Assembly (NCBI RefSeq): GCF_018350175.1
Contig: NC_058368.1
Span: forward strand, 219,296,001-219,360,000
DNA length: 64,000 nucleotides
Source: Felis catus
Taxonomy: Eukaryota
Direction: 5' to 3'
The notes under the pieces are model-generated. The model was not told the DNA's origin, made no database searches, and saw nothing but the letters and a program-made list of their open reading frames with translations. The translations under genes were made by a program, and so were the position numbers. Positions 11,808-26,036 of this stretch are shown piece by piece; position 1 is the stretch's first letter; each line of letters begins with the position of its first letter.

Positions 11808-14349
11808 AGAAATATAATCAATTCTAAATAATTTATAATATTATGGCTTCAAAAAAGAAAAAAAAACAATAAAAAGAAGCATTTAATCTTTACAGACTAA
11901 AAGTAAAGATTAAGACTCTTCCCCCCACTCCAAGGAGAGAGAAAAAGATTGAGAGAAAATGATTTTCAAAGGGTTTGAGAAGAGGGGTAGGAAGAATATG
12001 GAATGTTTTCCTATTTTATTTAAGAATGTCAGTTGTTAATGTTTCCTTCGGGACATGCAAAGTTAAAAATATATGTAACTATTATTTATATATACCATCC
12101 CTTTTATTAGAAAGCAGAATTTATAGCTCTTAAATTGTAAAAGGCAAAAGTAATATTTAATAACAAGAGAAATACACAGAAAATATGCAGAAACATAAAT
12201 GACGAATATGATAAACTTATCTTTTAAGAGAAAAAATCACTTTAGGAGAGGAAAAATAATTTTGACTTTATAGTCCACATCAAAAAACTAAAAGACCTTA
12301 AAAGTTAAAATTAAGAAAATAATCAACATGATTTAAGTAAATGAAAACCTTAAAACTCAGGCATCACAATATTTATGTCCGATACATTTTAGTTAAAATT
12401 AAAAAGTAAGAGTGAGCTTGCTTTAAAATGAGTATAGGAGCAAACTACAATGAAGTTGTGAGTGTTAATGGAACTGTATATTGATATATATAGATGTATG
12501 TAAAAATGTTTGAAACTCACAGAGCTTCTGATAGAAATATAATATGATGTTAGACATCTATAAAACAACTCAGGCCTTTATATATCAGAGTAATGTAGAA
12601 TAAACCAGCATACAGAAATTCTGAAGAAAATAATCACTGTAATTTTATGAGCATATTAACTTTCTTCATCCTGCAAATATGAAATACATCTTCTTTTTGC
12701 CTGCTGAGGGATATTTTCAAAATCTCTTCACAATAAATTTCTGCTCATGGTTCTATATAAATGTATTTATTGAAATCTTGGTCTTCATATATTGAGAAAT
12801 TTTAAATTTAACTATTTTAATTTTGCTATATTTTTTCCTCTGGAATTCCAATTCCTCTTACTTCAGGATTTGTATAGTTACAATCAGGAAATGTGGTTAC
12901 AGAACTGACAGCCGAGATCACAACAGAAGAGATGCCAAAATGCTTTCCTCTTTATCTGAGTCGATAACACCTCTTTAATTAATTGTACCCACTAGATGTG
13001 CCTCCACTTTGAAATTCTTATGGTATCTGTTACCTAGTGGTACTCAAAAAACATCTGCTGGATGAATAAACAAACTAATATGTGTATGTACGCATGTGTG
13101 TTTGTCTTCCTAGCAAACACCATACCCTTCCCTTATGAAGTTTTGTTTTCCGGGTGGCATGGTCTCCAGATTTACAACTATTGGATGCAGGGGGGTGAGG
13201 GGGTAGGGAGTTAGTGCCTGGGATCTGTGTGCTAGACAGCTGAAGGCAATGTTAGTTGTGTAGTTACTTCACATGAGGCATCCTATACTAGACATGACCT
13301 GTGGTTTAATGAGGAAGGACTTAGTTTTGAGACATCCAACAGATGTTTGTCAGAGGAAGCAGATTATATAGACTGTTCATTGAGGCTTCCAGCAACAGTT
13401 GATAAACAGTCATCCTCTACTATGTTGACTTCTCTTTTTGTGCATGTCCAGTTTCTGCACAACTGTGAAGCTCTCCTGGTGGGTTGTCTCCTCGCTTTTC
13501 TTTCATGTCTACGAAGAAGAAGGAGATGCTGGCTTGAGTTGGGAATAACTAATACATTTTTTTAAAGATGAAAAATGATCCCACTGAGAGGTTATGATAA
13601 TCTGAAAGGATCTTTATCAGGGCCACTCAGCATTATTGAACATAAGACAACTAAAATAGCCATTTTATACTTCAACATGAGCCTTGCTCCTCTGGAAGAG
13701 CACTTTGTCACAGTGTTGCTTCAATTTGGATTATTTGACTCCTTGGCCATCTTTCAAATGACTGCATGAAAGTAACAGAGAAGTTCAGAGTCTCTAAGGC
13801 CCACATCTTTCATGGGATCCTTCCTCAGTTCAATTCCTGTTTGCTTATTTTTAATCACCAATTGAATAGTCACTTCCTCCATTTGGAAGAAGCTAGTATG
13901 TACGAATGGCCCATTGACCAATTACCCAGGACATCCACCCAACAAAGTGGTTGTTTTTATAACCTTGCTTCTCAAGGTGTTCCTCTTCTTGCCTGAGTCT
14001 TTCCATAGTCCACCAAAACACTCTGAGCCTGCCAGCTCACACAGATCTCTAGTTCCTGGGCAGCTGAATTTGTCCAGAAAAAGTAAAGCCTTAACCATCT
14101 CCAAAATCTAAGGTATCTAACTAAGATATCTAACTAACTGTCTGTTCTGGGTGAGCTTTCACATTGTCAATTAGACTTATCAAATGACAGTGAGTATTGA
14201 AACTAAGATTTAAGGCTTGTTGCAACTTATTTTCAGAACTCATTCAGTAACTTCACTGTAGATCAATAGTGCTCAGATTCCTCTTGTGAAATATGTGTGG
14301 AAGAGATTAAGAGGTTATATATCTCAGTGAGATGCATGTTCTTACAGTG

Positions 14350-14662
14350 CAGGGGTCAGCATACTTCTTTTGTAGAGGGGCAGATAGTTGCTGTTTTAGG
14401 CTTTGGGGCCTTACGGTCTCCCTGGCAACTGCTCGAGCGTGTGTTGGATGCAAGAGTAGCCAGAGACAATATGAAAATGATTGGAAATGCCTATGTTCCA
14501 ATAAAACTTTATGGATACTGAAGTTTGAATTTCAAATAATTTTCTTGTATTATGAAATACTCTTCTTCTGCATTTTTTTCAACCATTTGAAAATGTAAAT
14601 GGCCATACATAAATGACCAGTGGGCGAGATTTGGCTGACAGGTTATAGTTTGCTGACATCTG
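14350..14662 (+). mobile_element. MER58(B)-like non-autonomous hAT-Charlie element
   Basis: Terminal inverted repeats caggggtcagca / tgctgacatctg; internal gttccaataaaacttta motif. Confidence 0.85.
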
Positions 14663-15199
14663 TTATCTGTATAAACTTTGAAATATATTTTAGACAATTT
14701 TCAATCAATTATTTGATATTTTCTTTCTTTTTTCTCTTCTGGCCATAAGCAATAAACACTGATGGAAATAAATGGGAACTGACCACTCTGATCTGTCAAC
14801 CCCAAGCTAGAAATCCACAAAGCTCCTTGGCTCATACTTTAAAAATCTGTTCCAGTTCTAATTCAGGTCCCCGACAACTTGGAAGTGATTTGCCTTCGTT
14901 CTTTATCCCTCCTGTCAAGGCAATGACTCTCTGCATGGTTTCTTAGCCACATTTGGAGAAGCTGCTAGTGTTCACTTATTCCACATCCCATAGAGGGGAT
15001 AATTAACTAAGACCCAGAATAGAAAGCAAGTTTGACAGTGCTCGGCTTGGAACTATCGAGAAATGGAAGGTCTGCTTTTCTTTAAGCCAATTACCAAGGA
15101 GAAAGTAAAAAAAAATTAGATATTTTTTTTAACTAAACCATGCATCAAGTTTAAAAGGTAAAAAAATAAAAATAAAAAAATAAACAAATTCTAATTCAA

Positions 15200-16720
15200 T
15201 GTTAGTGAAATCAAACACTTAAGCCTTGATTATTATATTTGTTTCATCTTGTATTTACCTCCACTTTTTAATGGTAATTCTTATCTTGCTATTTTGTTTA
15301 ATGTTGGCGAATGTGATCTCTTGACTTATTATGGTTTAATCAGTTCACATACATTACTAGATCTCACTGCTTTCCCTCTCCTGCTTCTACCCAATACAGT
15401 TACATCATAATTTTTGGTCAAATTGATATTTAGCATATAAGATATTATGGCCATGAACATATCATTTACTTTGAGTTCAAGTAACTCACCATGCATACAT
15501 TTACATTTTCGTTAGTCCTACAACTTTTTCATTTTCTCTGGAATCAATCACCTCTTATTTATGTTCACTTCTTCATGTACCTATTGTTAATTTTTCACAC
15601 TGTTCCCTTCAAAGAGCCTCTCACTATAGTGTCCTAAACTAAAAACCCTCTCCATTATCCTGTTTACTATGTGCACTTTCTTCCCCCTCCTGTGAAATCT
15701 TTTGTTTTCTTGCTCAGCTCTGGACCAATTATGCATGCCAAGATGCCCCAGTTCTCTTGCTATTTCCTTTAATCTCCATTCTGAGGAGTCTCCTTATCAT
15801 TTGCCTTTGTCAAATGCTCCCTTTTCAACATTACACATTTTCCTTTTCCTAGGTGTAAACACTGATTTTTGTGGAAGTCACCAACCTAACAAAGAGGTCA
15901 CAGATATGAAATTTTTGGAGACTTGCTTATGTAAAAATGTCTTTATTCTACTTTCAAAATTGATGAATTATTTCATGTAGGTACATAACTCGAGATTGAA
16001 ATTAATTGTGCCTCAAAATTTTGACACATTTGTTTATTTCCTTCTAGCTCCCATTGTTGCTGTTAGGATTCTTACATGCAAAAATTTTTGTGATCAACAC
16101 CTTTTTCCCCCCTCATTGTTAAAGCTTTTCATCTCTCTCTCTCTTTCTCTCTTTCTCTCTTTCTCTGTCATCTCTCTCTGTCTCTATCTCTCTCTTTTAA
16201 CAATTACATGCCATAAGGAGACATTTTGTTCATCTATATGCTGAGTATATATATTCATTCATTCAAGTTAATGCTGAGGATAATTTTTACCTTATTTCTG
16301 TGACAACTTTCAATTTTAACTTTTGAAATATTCTTTATAAAATTTCAGTCAGGTGTATGTTTGAATTCCTGTATTCTCAATTTCTTTATACTTTCTCTAC
16401 TACTGTCCTCTGGTTGTTTTTTACTTAGAAGGGAATTTCTTTACCTGTTTACTTTTCTACCTTATATTGAAATTTTGATTTTTTAAAATTTATATTACTT
16501 TTAAATTCCTTAGTTCCTTTAATTTTCTGAGTTTCCCTTTTTATAGCATCTTATGTTTGATTCCCTTCTCAGAATATTACCTTTTAAGATAAATTTCCAA
16601 CTCTTTTTACACTTGCTTATTTCATCTGAGTTTCTTTGCTTCTACTCATTTTATTTGCTGTCTTTAATGGTGGCTTCTGTCCTCAGAGGCCTATTGATCC
16701 TGGGACTCTTACACACATTT
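15200..16720 (-). mobile_element. Ancient L1M/HAL1-like fragment
   Basis: T-rich strand; tccttctagctcccattgttgctgttagg and aaaatgtctttattctactttc are typical reverse ORF1 remnants. Confidence 0.55.
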
Positions 16721-17244
16721 AGCATTGAAATAATAAAAGGTTATGGAAATGTCTACTTAACTGTAGGAAAATCATCTCTAAATGAAAGTTTCTTGCTTAA
16801 GTTCCTATAACCAAAACCTGATAGTGCTGAATGTTAGAATATGGAAGAAGTAAGCAAATGTTAGTTACATGTGAAATCTCAGAGACTGATTAATAGACTG
16901 TCTTATACCTACTTACATGTTACCATCTATAAAATGTGTGTTTTGCATTTTATTTAAAGAGATCATTTGTCCTTCACCTTATTGTTGGATATGTTGCACT
17001 AATTCCACATATGCCTTTATTGTGCTACTTTTTTGAATATTTTCAAGATGGAAAGTGGTAGACTTTTATACTTCCACTGGCAATGTGTTATTTTTTTTAA
17101 TAAATCGGGAGAATATTTTCATTACTACATATGGTTAATGTCTATTTTTATAAATATTCACTGGTTTTATATTTTTGTTGTTTAAGCAGATGTAAAACTT
17201 CCTCGTATAGCTTTGACTTTAATAAAACTATTAGCCAAAGCAAC

Positions 17245-17490
17245 AATAATAACATATAAAGTTTATTATGTTCTTTGCATACTTCTGGGTTTCTTATATG
17301 TATGAATATATTCAATCTTCACTTGAACCAAGAGTTATGTGCTATTGTTATTATTACCTGCATTTATAGATAGGGAAACAGAGAAAAAAGAGAAGAAAAG
17401 TAATTTACACAAGAACATACAACAAATAAGTTGAAGAACTCAGTTTTGAACTTAGGCTATTGGATTGATCACATTTTCATCACTAACATG
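17245..17490 (-). mobile_element. MIR SINE
   Basis: Core catttatagatagggaaacagag...aagtaatttacacaag...tttgaacttaggc. Confidence 0.7.
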
Positions 17491-17845
17491 TACAGGACTT
17501 TGAATAAGAAATAGCAGCCACAGCCTCCTTTGGTTTATACAGAAGGGTAAAATATCATTAAAAATGGTTAAATTTATATATAAATCTATGTTCCATTTAG
17601 TGCCATAAAGTGATAATTAATGAACATGTAGTACTCTATGATTTCCATCTTTCTCATTTATCCTTTAAAACAACACTTACCCTTCAATCTACCAATACGA
17701 TATTTGCAGACTATAAAACCCTGAAATAAAATTTTATAGGAAAACATAAATGTCTCCATGAACTTTTAGGTTTATTCTAGGTGAGTGCAAGATGGTAGAC
17801 ACATGACAGTAAAAATAGCTGTCATTGTTAGTCAAATTGTTGTTT

Positions 17846-18053
17846 GTTTAATTTTTTTAAATGCTTATTAACTTTGAGACAGACAAGAGAGGGCGCACAT
17901 GAGCAGGGAGGGGCAGAGAAAGAGAGTCCTAAGCAGGCTGTGCACTGTCAGCACAGAGCCTGACATGGGGCTTGATCTCATGAACCATGAGATCATGACC
18001 TGAGCCAAAATCATGGCTTGGCTGCTTAACCAGCTGAGCCACACAGGCACCCC
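17846..18053 (-). mobile_element. CAN-SINE
   Basis: Reverse SINE; degenerate TSD starting tcaaatt. Confidence 0.93.
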
Positions 18054-18798
18054 TCAAATTTTTCTTTTCATCTAGAACTGAGCAGTGGACATCTTCCAAG
18101 CACCACAAGAAGGACACAAGAGAAGTCTCCACCACAAGCAATTAAGGTATGTGCTGCGATGCCCTCCCGAAAATATAAGTTGGGTCCTTCCTTCATGTCG
18201 ACAGTCCATGGCAGTGATGTATTAAAGCACTATGTTCTGAGCCTGCCCTGGAGCAGGGATCTGGGGGTTCCAAAAACATACTCACAAAACTGGGACCATG
18301 GACATAATTTACAAGTCATTTCATAAAGATCTTCATTGTGCTCATCAACAGCACACTGTACCTGCACTGTACCTGCAGATAAAAGAGTCTCTCTGAACAC
18401 TGCCTTTAGGTCATTAGAAAGGTATTACATTTGAGTAAGGTGAAACTTTAAACAAAGAGAGGTAAAATAAAATCCAAGAAAAAAATATGGTGAAAGGAAA
18501 AAGATAACCAAGATCGTTGACTTTCTGGATGACTAAGAGTAGCAAGAAAAGCTTTAGGTATTGAAGCCTGACTGGTGTGGCTGAGCAGATGGCTTTGTGC
18601 ATGTGACTAGAGTTCTATGTGAGGAAAACCCGAGTCCAGAGATGCAAACAAACCCTCCTCCGTCTCTTAGCTCATGGAATAAAGGTGTTTATTGTTCGAA
18701 ATAATCTATGAATTTACTCACTATTTTTGCTGGTGGAAATAAGATTAGAAGAGTAGGGCAGAGGACATTACAAAGCATTTCTAATTTTAAAACTATTT

Positions 18799-19013
18799 GG
18801 GGGCACCGGGTGGCTCAGTTGGTTAAGCATCTGACTGGCTCAGGTCATGATCTCACAGGTCTCTGGGTCCGAGTCCTACATCAGGCTCTGTGCTAACGGC
18901 TCAGAGCTTGGAGCCTGCTTCGGATTCTGTGTCTCCCTCTCTGTCTCTGCCCTTCCTCTGTTTGTGCTCTGTCTCTCTCAAAAATCACAACACATTAAAA
19001 AAACTTTTAAAAA
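18799..19013 (+). mobile_element. CAN-SINE (SINEC_Fc type)
   Basis: Head, CT region and tail; TSD taaaactattt. Confidence 0.93.
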
Positions 19014-19546
19014 TAAAACTATTTTAGTTAGTTATACTCTGTGGCAACTATGTTAAACTAGATTTTGCATTTACTTTCTGAAGATAATTAATTTCATGTA
19101 TAATTGCTTGGGGCATATTTCTTTTTACTGAAATTTCCCAGAATATGGAAAATATAGAGCAGTATTCATATTTACATAGTAAAATAATGAGCCTTTATAA
19201 AAATGTAGTAAAGTAATAAAAATATTTAATTATATCATTATTGGAAATGCTACATTAATCTCAAACCCTAATACCAAATAACCTTATTCACAAAAATCCA
19301 TGCTTTATTTTTTCTAGGTTGATGTGGGATATTGTGTTATAATTTCTTCCTTTGTTTAGCAATCTGAGCTCTATGTGTTGGCTTTTGTTTCTTATAGGTT
19401 TATTCCAAACTATAATTACTAGCATACATTACTTAGCCTTTGAGAGCTTCACACATACCTAGTTGGCCAGGAAAAAAAGCAAATCCAATAAACAAACAAA
19501 CATAATACCCTCTTATATGCAGAACAATTGAATAGAAACATTTCTC

Positions 19547-19990
19547 TGTGCCAGAGATAAGCTATCTACCAAAATCTTTTCTCCTCCCCATAATATAGAA
19601 CTGTGCTTTGAAATCAATACTTAGACAAGACTATATTTTCCAGTTTCCTCACAGTTATGGGGTATTCATATGATTGGTTCTTACCAATAGAAAGTGAATG
19701 GAACTGATTTGGTATCTCCGAAGCCAGGCTTTTAAGAAGTCCATATGCCTCTTCTATGATCTCTTTCCTTATGCAATGACTGGCTCCAATTAAAATTGAT
19801 ATCCTATAGGATGGTTGAGCTATGAGACAGAAGGAGTTAGGATTCCTTCAAAACAACATAGAAGAGAGTGGTCCCATCAACATGACCAGTCGCCAAGAAA
19901 TGTTTTATGAGAAAAATACTTTTTTTTAATTTATTTTGTTGAACCATTATATTTGGATTTAATTTTCACTACATTCTTCTTTATTCTCAT
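19547..19990 (+). mobile_element. Old MaLR LTR (MLT1J/I-like)
   Basis: gactatattttccagtttcctc...atgattggttcttaccaatagaaagtgaatggaactgat...aggcttttaagaag motifs. Confidence 0.65.
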
Positions 19991-21279
19991 GGATATGTCC
20001 TTTCTGCTACTGCTTACAAAGCCTCTTTAAATTTTCCTTAAAGACTATGCAACCATTCAGGGGCTTTTGTAACTTGGCCTACTTTCCAAGTGAACACACA
20101 AGCTTTGCAGGTATTTGAACTTGTGATAGGTTCCTGGGGTGGGGGGAGGATTCTTATAACTACTGGCACACGATGAAAATCTTTTCACTGGAATAGTAAG
20201 CATTACATTAATCACACACATGAATGTATAGTAATTTTGCCACTTCTTCAGGTAGAAATGTATTCCCTTGGATTTAGCAAATATTATTTGTTGTGCCCAC
20301 GAACGTTCATGGCAGATTTGATGAGACCACACATCCTGCTTTCCTTTTTCAGATAGCAAAAGCTGTTTCATGGAACAAGTGTTTTAGATGAAAATGAATA
20401 GGTAGGAAATAAAACTATAATGTAAATCTAGACCATAGTTGGATAGTTGACAGCTGCATGACTGAGGAAAAAAATAGTCAATATTTTCTTGATGATAGAT
20501 TGAAATGGGATTAAATACAGCTGGATTTGGTCTGATACTTATCAATGGTACACATTTCCCTCAGACTTAAGAGAAGTATCTGGATGAGTTTGAGGTATTA
20601 GACTACATTAATCATAAATTCTATTGATTTTCCTTAAATATGAATATTGGTAATTTTTATGTATATAAGCTAGCATTTCAGAAATAATGGATACACTGCT
20701 AAATACTGTTTGTAATAGGTTCAAGTTTGCTCATGTATAACTATGTGATTACCCCTCTGAGACCCCACTAAAACGATGAGCATAATTTATATTTCTTACA
20801 AGATTGAAAAAGACATGACCATGCCCCAGTGAGTTCATAAACTGTGATTTTGAAAAATATTGCAGTCACTCAGTTTCTTCTAGATATGCTATAATTATGC
20901 TCAGACATGTGTTTAATCAGGATGCTTTAAATACAATTTTTTACACAGACATTGTATATGTAGAATACTCCAGCAAACTATTAGCCATCCTTCCATGAAT
21001 ATTAATAAATAAATATAATTTACTAAATAAAACACATGCTCACATATTTTCCTCTGTTTTGTTTTCCAGGCAGAATTTTATATTCTTTTTTCTATTTTAT
21101 TGTTCATGATAGTAATATTCCTGTGAGTTGGAATATAGATATGATTATATGAAGGACTTATTCTTAATTATCTGAAAACACAAGAAAAACATACTGTCAG
21201 CCTGTGAATGTTGTGAAAGCTAACAACGAGGACTATGTTGATATTCTTTGCTCTAAGGACAAAGACCAAGATATAGCTT

Positions 21280-21626
21280 GGCCCACAGAACCTGGATCAT
21301 CTGATCTCCATCTACCTCCTAAGTGTCATTTAACATTATACTCTCTCTCTGCATTATACTCTCATGCTCTCTGCTCCACCTATTCTGACCTCTTTCAATT
21401 CCATCTTGAACACTCCAAGCTATTTTGCTTGCCTGAAATTTTCTCTCTGTACTCGTCCACTGTATCCAATCTTTGTTTAACTGAATCTTACTTTTTGTCA
21501 AACCTTAGTTCAATAGTGACTTCCTCAGGAAAGCCTACCCTAGCCTCCATACATAAATTATTTCAATCTAATATATGTTTTCTTATAAGCATGGCCCTCT
21601 GCTTCATATCTTTTATCCTATTGGAA

Positions 21627-21671
<45 letters not shown>

Positions 21672-21822
21672 AAATCCATTGAACATTATTCTTTTCTTTT
21701 AAGCTATAGTGGCTATGCCATTTGTTGGTCACTTTTATATTTTCATCACTCAAAAAATATGTTGCACATGGAGCTGAATAAATATTAGTTAAGTGAATGA
21801 ATGAATAAATAAATGAGTGAGT
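21280..21822 (+). mobile_element. L2 LINE 3' region
   Basis: gtgacttcctcaggaaagcctaccctag motif and 3' end aataaatattagttaagtgaatgaatgaat. Confidence 0.75.
21628..21670. repeat. (TG)n microsatellite
   Basis: Perfect TG run. Confidence 0.97.
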
Positions 21823-22176
21823 AAAGTAGATTCTATTTATACCAGGATTAGTATCTAACAAAAAGAACATCAGACATGAATTGAGCCATTACAGTCTCTG
21901 TTTGATGATGTCTTTAAAAATGTTTCAACATATTATGAAATGAAAATCTATTTTCAGTTAGGCTTTGAGCAGAAAAGATGCTTCCTTGCAAACTCTTTTA
22001 AATTTCAATGGGAATTAACTTGAAAATAAGAAAAATGCAAACTCTGAGCATAAAATGTATAAAGACAAACTTCCAACATTTCTTAGACACTTTTTTTAAA
22101 AGTTTACTCTTATACCAACCTTCCTGAAGAACTATATATCCTGTGCAGGATATTACAAACACCAACAGACAAAATA

Positions 22177-22272
22177 AGAGAAGAAGATGAAGAGGAGGAG
22201 GAGGGGTGGGGGAAGTAGGAGGAGGAAGGAAGAGGAGGAGGAAGAGGGATGAGGCATAGAAGGAGGGAGGGA
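22177..22272. repeat. Purine-rich (GGA/GAA) low-complexity tract
   Basis: gaagaagatgaagaggaggaggagggg... Confidence 0.8.
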
Positions 22273-22599
22273 GACTTGGAGATTTTAACAGATGGAGAGT
22301 AAACATTTGGAAGAAGGAATGACACTTTGAAGAAGGGAATGGCCCTGAATAAGGTATCTGTTCACTTGATCATTCAGCCTAAGAGGCAAATAAAACTCTC
22401 ACAGAAAAACTGCAGTAATTTTGCCTTGAAAAACCAGAGAATAGAATTTGGGACAAACAACTCTGCTTTAAAGTGATGGAGGAACCCTAAAAAGTTAACA
22501 AACAAGAGGGGAGAAATGGCAAATTATGTATATAATGTATGCTCATATCATTGTTTGACCCATGTACCACATGCACAGAGCACACTCTTAAGTGACATA

Positions 22600-23635
22600 A
22601 CAGAGGTTAAAATCACTGTACTGAATTTTGAGTTTTTGTCCAGTAGACAAAGATTATTGTTTAAGTACAATCAAGTTAATTTTCAGCCAAAATAAAACCA
22701 ATACATAAAAAAATCAATATTGTTTGGAGAAATATAACAAAATCCAGAGTCTCTAAAAATGTACCATTCAAAATGTCCAGGAATCATTTTAAAATTACCC
22801 AACATATGAAGAAGTAGCAAACATAATCATCCCTAAAATGGAAAGGCACAGCATACAGAGATTAACCACAGGTATTGGAATTCACAGATAAAAATTTTAA
22901 AGCAATCAAAACTCTGATTATCAATAAAAAGGAAAATATGCCTATAATAAATGAAAATATAGGAAGTTGCAGCAGAGATTGCTAAAATTAATAAAATAAT
23001 ACAAATACAAGTGAAAATTCTCAGACCAAAATAGTAAATATCTGAAATAAAACTTTCACTGATTGGATGTGGTAAATACCCTCAAAAGATCTCCATGCCG
23101 CAGTCTCATGCACATTTGAATGTGCTATTTCAAATGGCTATAGAAACCTTGCAATATGTGGTTAAGAGAACATACCTTGAAATGGAGAGATTATACTGGA
23201 TTATCTGGTGGTATAATTATAATTGCAACGGTCCTTAAGTGGAAGAGGAAAGCAGAAAAGAAAGTCAGAGAGAAAGATGTTACAATGTAAGAGGTCAGAG
23301 AAAAACAGTGATTCTAATGATTCTATCCACTTTTGCTGGCTTTGAAGATTAAAGATGATCATTAGCCAAATAATGTAAGTGGCCTCTGGAAACTGAAAGA
23401 AGGAAGAGAAAACAGATTCTTCCTTAGAGACTCCAGAAAGGAATACAGCTGTGAAGGCACCTTGACTTTAATCAAATGAGATATTGTTAGACTCTCTAAA
23501 CTACATACTCTAAGATAATTTGCATTCCTTTAATCACTAAGTGTGTAGTAATTTGTTGCAGAAGTGATGTAACCCTAGTAGAAAGGGCTAAATAGCTGAA
23601 TAAAGGTGGAACATTAAGGTATCAATGAGCTAGAC
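22600..23635 (+). mobile_element. Ancient L1M 5'/ORF1 fragment split by an MLT1 LTR
   Basis: acaaaatccagagtctc...aaaatgtccagg...aaaattacccaacatatgaagaag; ORF1-like sequence resumes after the LTR (gggctaaatagc). Confidence 0.6.
23068..23582 (+). mobile_element. MaLR LTR (MLT1D-like)
   Basis: Starts tgtggt; ccttgaaatggagagattatactggattatctgg; ttgctggctttgaagat; cagattcttccttagagactccagaaaggaatacagc. Confidence 0.85.
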
Positions 23636-23649
23636 AAAAACGCAATTGG

Positions 23650-23800
23650 ATATTGTCTTACATCTGTTAGAATGGTTATCATCAAGAAGAAAAGACCTAA
23701 TAAGTGTTGTTGGTACAGTGTGGAGCAAAGGGAGCCCTTGTGGACTGTTGGTGAGAATGTAAATTGGTTCAACCACTATGGAACACAGTATGATGATTCC

Positions 23801-23833
<33 letters not shown>

Positions 23834-24505
23834 ACTAGAACTACCATATGATCCAACAATCCCACTTCCAAGTATCTTTCCAAAGGAAATTAGAATAGGT
23901 TATTGAAAATATATCTGCACTCCCATGTTTACCTGAAGCATCATTCATACTAGCCCAATTGTGAAAAAAACCTAAATGTTCATCAATGAATAAATGAATA
24001 AAGAAGACATGGTAAGTATATATAAAATGGAGTATTATTGAGCTAAGAGAAAGATGGACATCTTGCCATTTACAACATGGATGGACCTTGAGGGCAGTAG
24101 GCTAAGTAAGAAAAGTTAGACAGACAAAGAGTAAATCCTGTGTGATCTCACATGTGGAATCTGAAGGAAAAAAAAGTTTGTAAAAACAGAGTAGAATGGC
24201 TACGGGGTGGGGGAATTGAGGAGATGTTTAAAAGTGTAAATTTGCAACTAGTAGATAAATAAAATCTGGAGAACTAATGCACAGAATAGTGATTATAGTC
24301 AATAATACTGTATTATAAACTACAAGGCTGCTAAAAGACTTAATTGTTCTCACCACAAAGAAGAGATTATAATTATGTGACCTGATAGAGATGTTAGCTA
24401 ATACCATGATAGTAACCATATTGTAATATATAAATGTATCAAATCAACAGTTCGTGTACCTTAAACTTACACAATGTGTTATATCAGTTATAGCTCAATA
24501 AAATA
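23650..24505 (+). mobile_element. L1 3' end (L1MA9/carnivore-like): ORF2 C-terminus plus 3' UTR
   Basis: ctgttggtgagaatgtaaattgg; gaactaccatatgatccaacaatcccactt; ends ctcaataaa before a purine-rich tail. Confidence 0.88.
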
Positions 24506-24913
24506 GGAAGGGAAGAGGGGAGAAAAGAAAGAGAAAAAGGGAAAAAAAGAAAGTGAGGGAGAAAAGAAGAAAGGAAGGGAAAAGGAAGAAAGATTTTTCT
24601 TGATTTGACAGACTCAACTGCAATATAATGAAGAAACTTAGAAATCCTGCTTTCATAATCCTGTCTGTGATTTCTCATCCCTTATATATACATACTGAGT
24701 TTCCTAATATCATTGATCAATTTTGGATAATAAAGATGAGAGATTAATAATAATTTTCAAAGGAAGAGAACATTTTACTTATTTCTAACGCATGTACACA
24801 CATACGCATACGTACATATGTGCATACACATACACAGGAAAGGCTTTATAAAAATGTTTCAAGATATCCACTGGTAAAATAAAAGGCATTATCAACTATA
24901 GAACTCTTACACA

Positions 24914-25122
24914 GGGACACGTGTGGGTGGCTCAGTCGGTTAAGTGTGCAATTTAGGCTCAGGTCATGATCTCACAGTTTGTGATTCAAGCCCTGCATAG
25001 GGCTCTGTGCTGACAGCTCAGAGCCTGGAGCCTGCCTCAGATTCTGTGTCTCTCTCTCTGCTCCTCCCCTGTTCACATTATGTTTCTCTATCTCTCTAAA
25101 AATAAACATTATTTAAAAAAAA
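24914..25122 (+). mobile_element. CAN-SINE
   Basis: TSD agaact(c/t)ttacacag. Confidence 0.93.
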
Positions 25123-25859
25123 AGAACTTTTACACAGATAACAGCAATAACAGAAGAAAAACGTGCTTCCACATGTTGATGATGATTGTGCTATGAACCA
25201 AATATGATTAACCTGATTCCACACACCTGATATACAAATGAACAAGAAGCAGAAAAAGAAAAAAACAGGGTAATTAAATAGGTTTGGCAAAGATAAACTT
25301 TTAAGAATCATATAAATAAGAAAATATAAATATGTATACTAAATTTAATTACTATAGGATGTTAGGTTCCATTAATATAATTACTGAGCTATTTAGTCCA
25401 TGGTAAAAGACTTGGGTCAATCTTTGTGTAACATATCTACTTAATTCTTGATCCCTGATCAAATATATTAAGGAATGCTCAGAGGTCTTCCAAGTGGAGA
25501 AATCCCAAAACCATGTCCTACCTAAGCTCTTTAGAATACTGCTATCTCTAATCCTTGTTGATTTTAATAGGAAAACCTCTTCATAAATCTCATATTTGTG
25601 CTTTTCTCATAAACCTACAAAGATTTAAATGAGTTATAAATCCATTTCGAATACTAAGAAGCAGATTTGTTATTTATGCTAGGTTACTTAATCCCACTTC
25701 CACTAAATATCAGGGGGAAATCCAACTTGTTTTCCACTTTCTTTTAAAGAAACATGATAAAAAATGGTAATCTTCTACCAGAGTTCTGCAATTGTCAGAA
25801 ACTTTGAATGTTTCAGGCATTCTCTCTATGTAAAAATAATGCATATTCTCCTAAATATT

Positions 25860-26004
25860 GACTAAAACAGCTACTTCATCCCAGACACATTGTAGATACT
25901 GGGAATACAGATTAACAATAAAGATAATATCCTGGTTTTATGGGGCTTTTATTCTGGCCAGAAGGCAGAGTCTAATAACCCCCCCCACACACACACACAC
26001 ACAT

Positions 26005-26036
<32 letters not shown>

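Larger units (their letters stand above)
10150..12620 (+). mobile_element. Ancient L1M/HAL1-like fragment (ORF1 to start of ORF2), interrupted by SINEs
   Basis: A-rich strand with degenerate ORF1-like motifs (attgttggtgtacctga; ggagtattagatgcagaag; gaattctatac); no open frame. Confidence 0.5.

Noticed and set aside
13347..13565. ORF with a hydrophobic stretch then RRRRR, and a possible acceptor at about 13451
   Set aside because: No matching donor or recognisable homology; consistent with chance.
21204..21788. 194-aa ORF, the longest in the track
   Set aside because: Lies in a decayed L2 plus (TG)n, has a non-ATG start and no recognisable domain.
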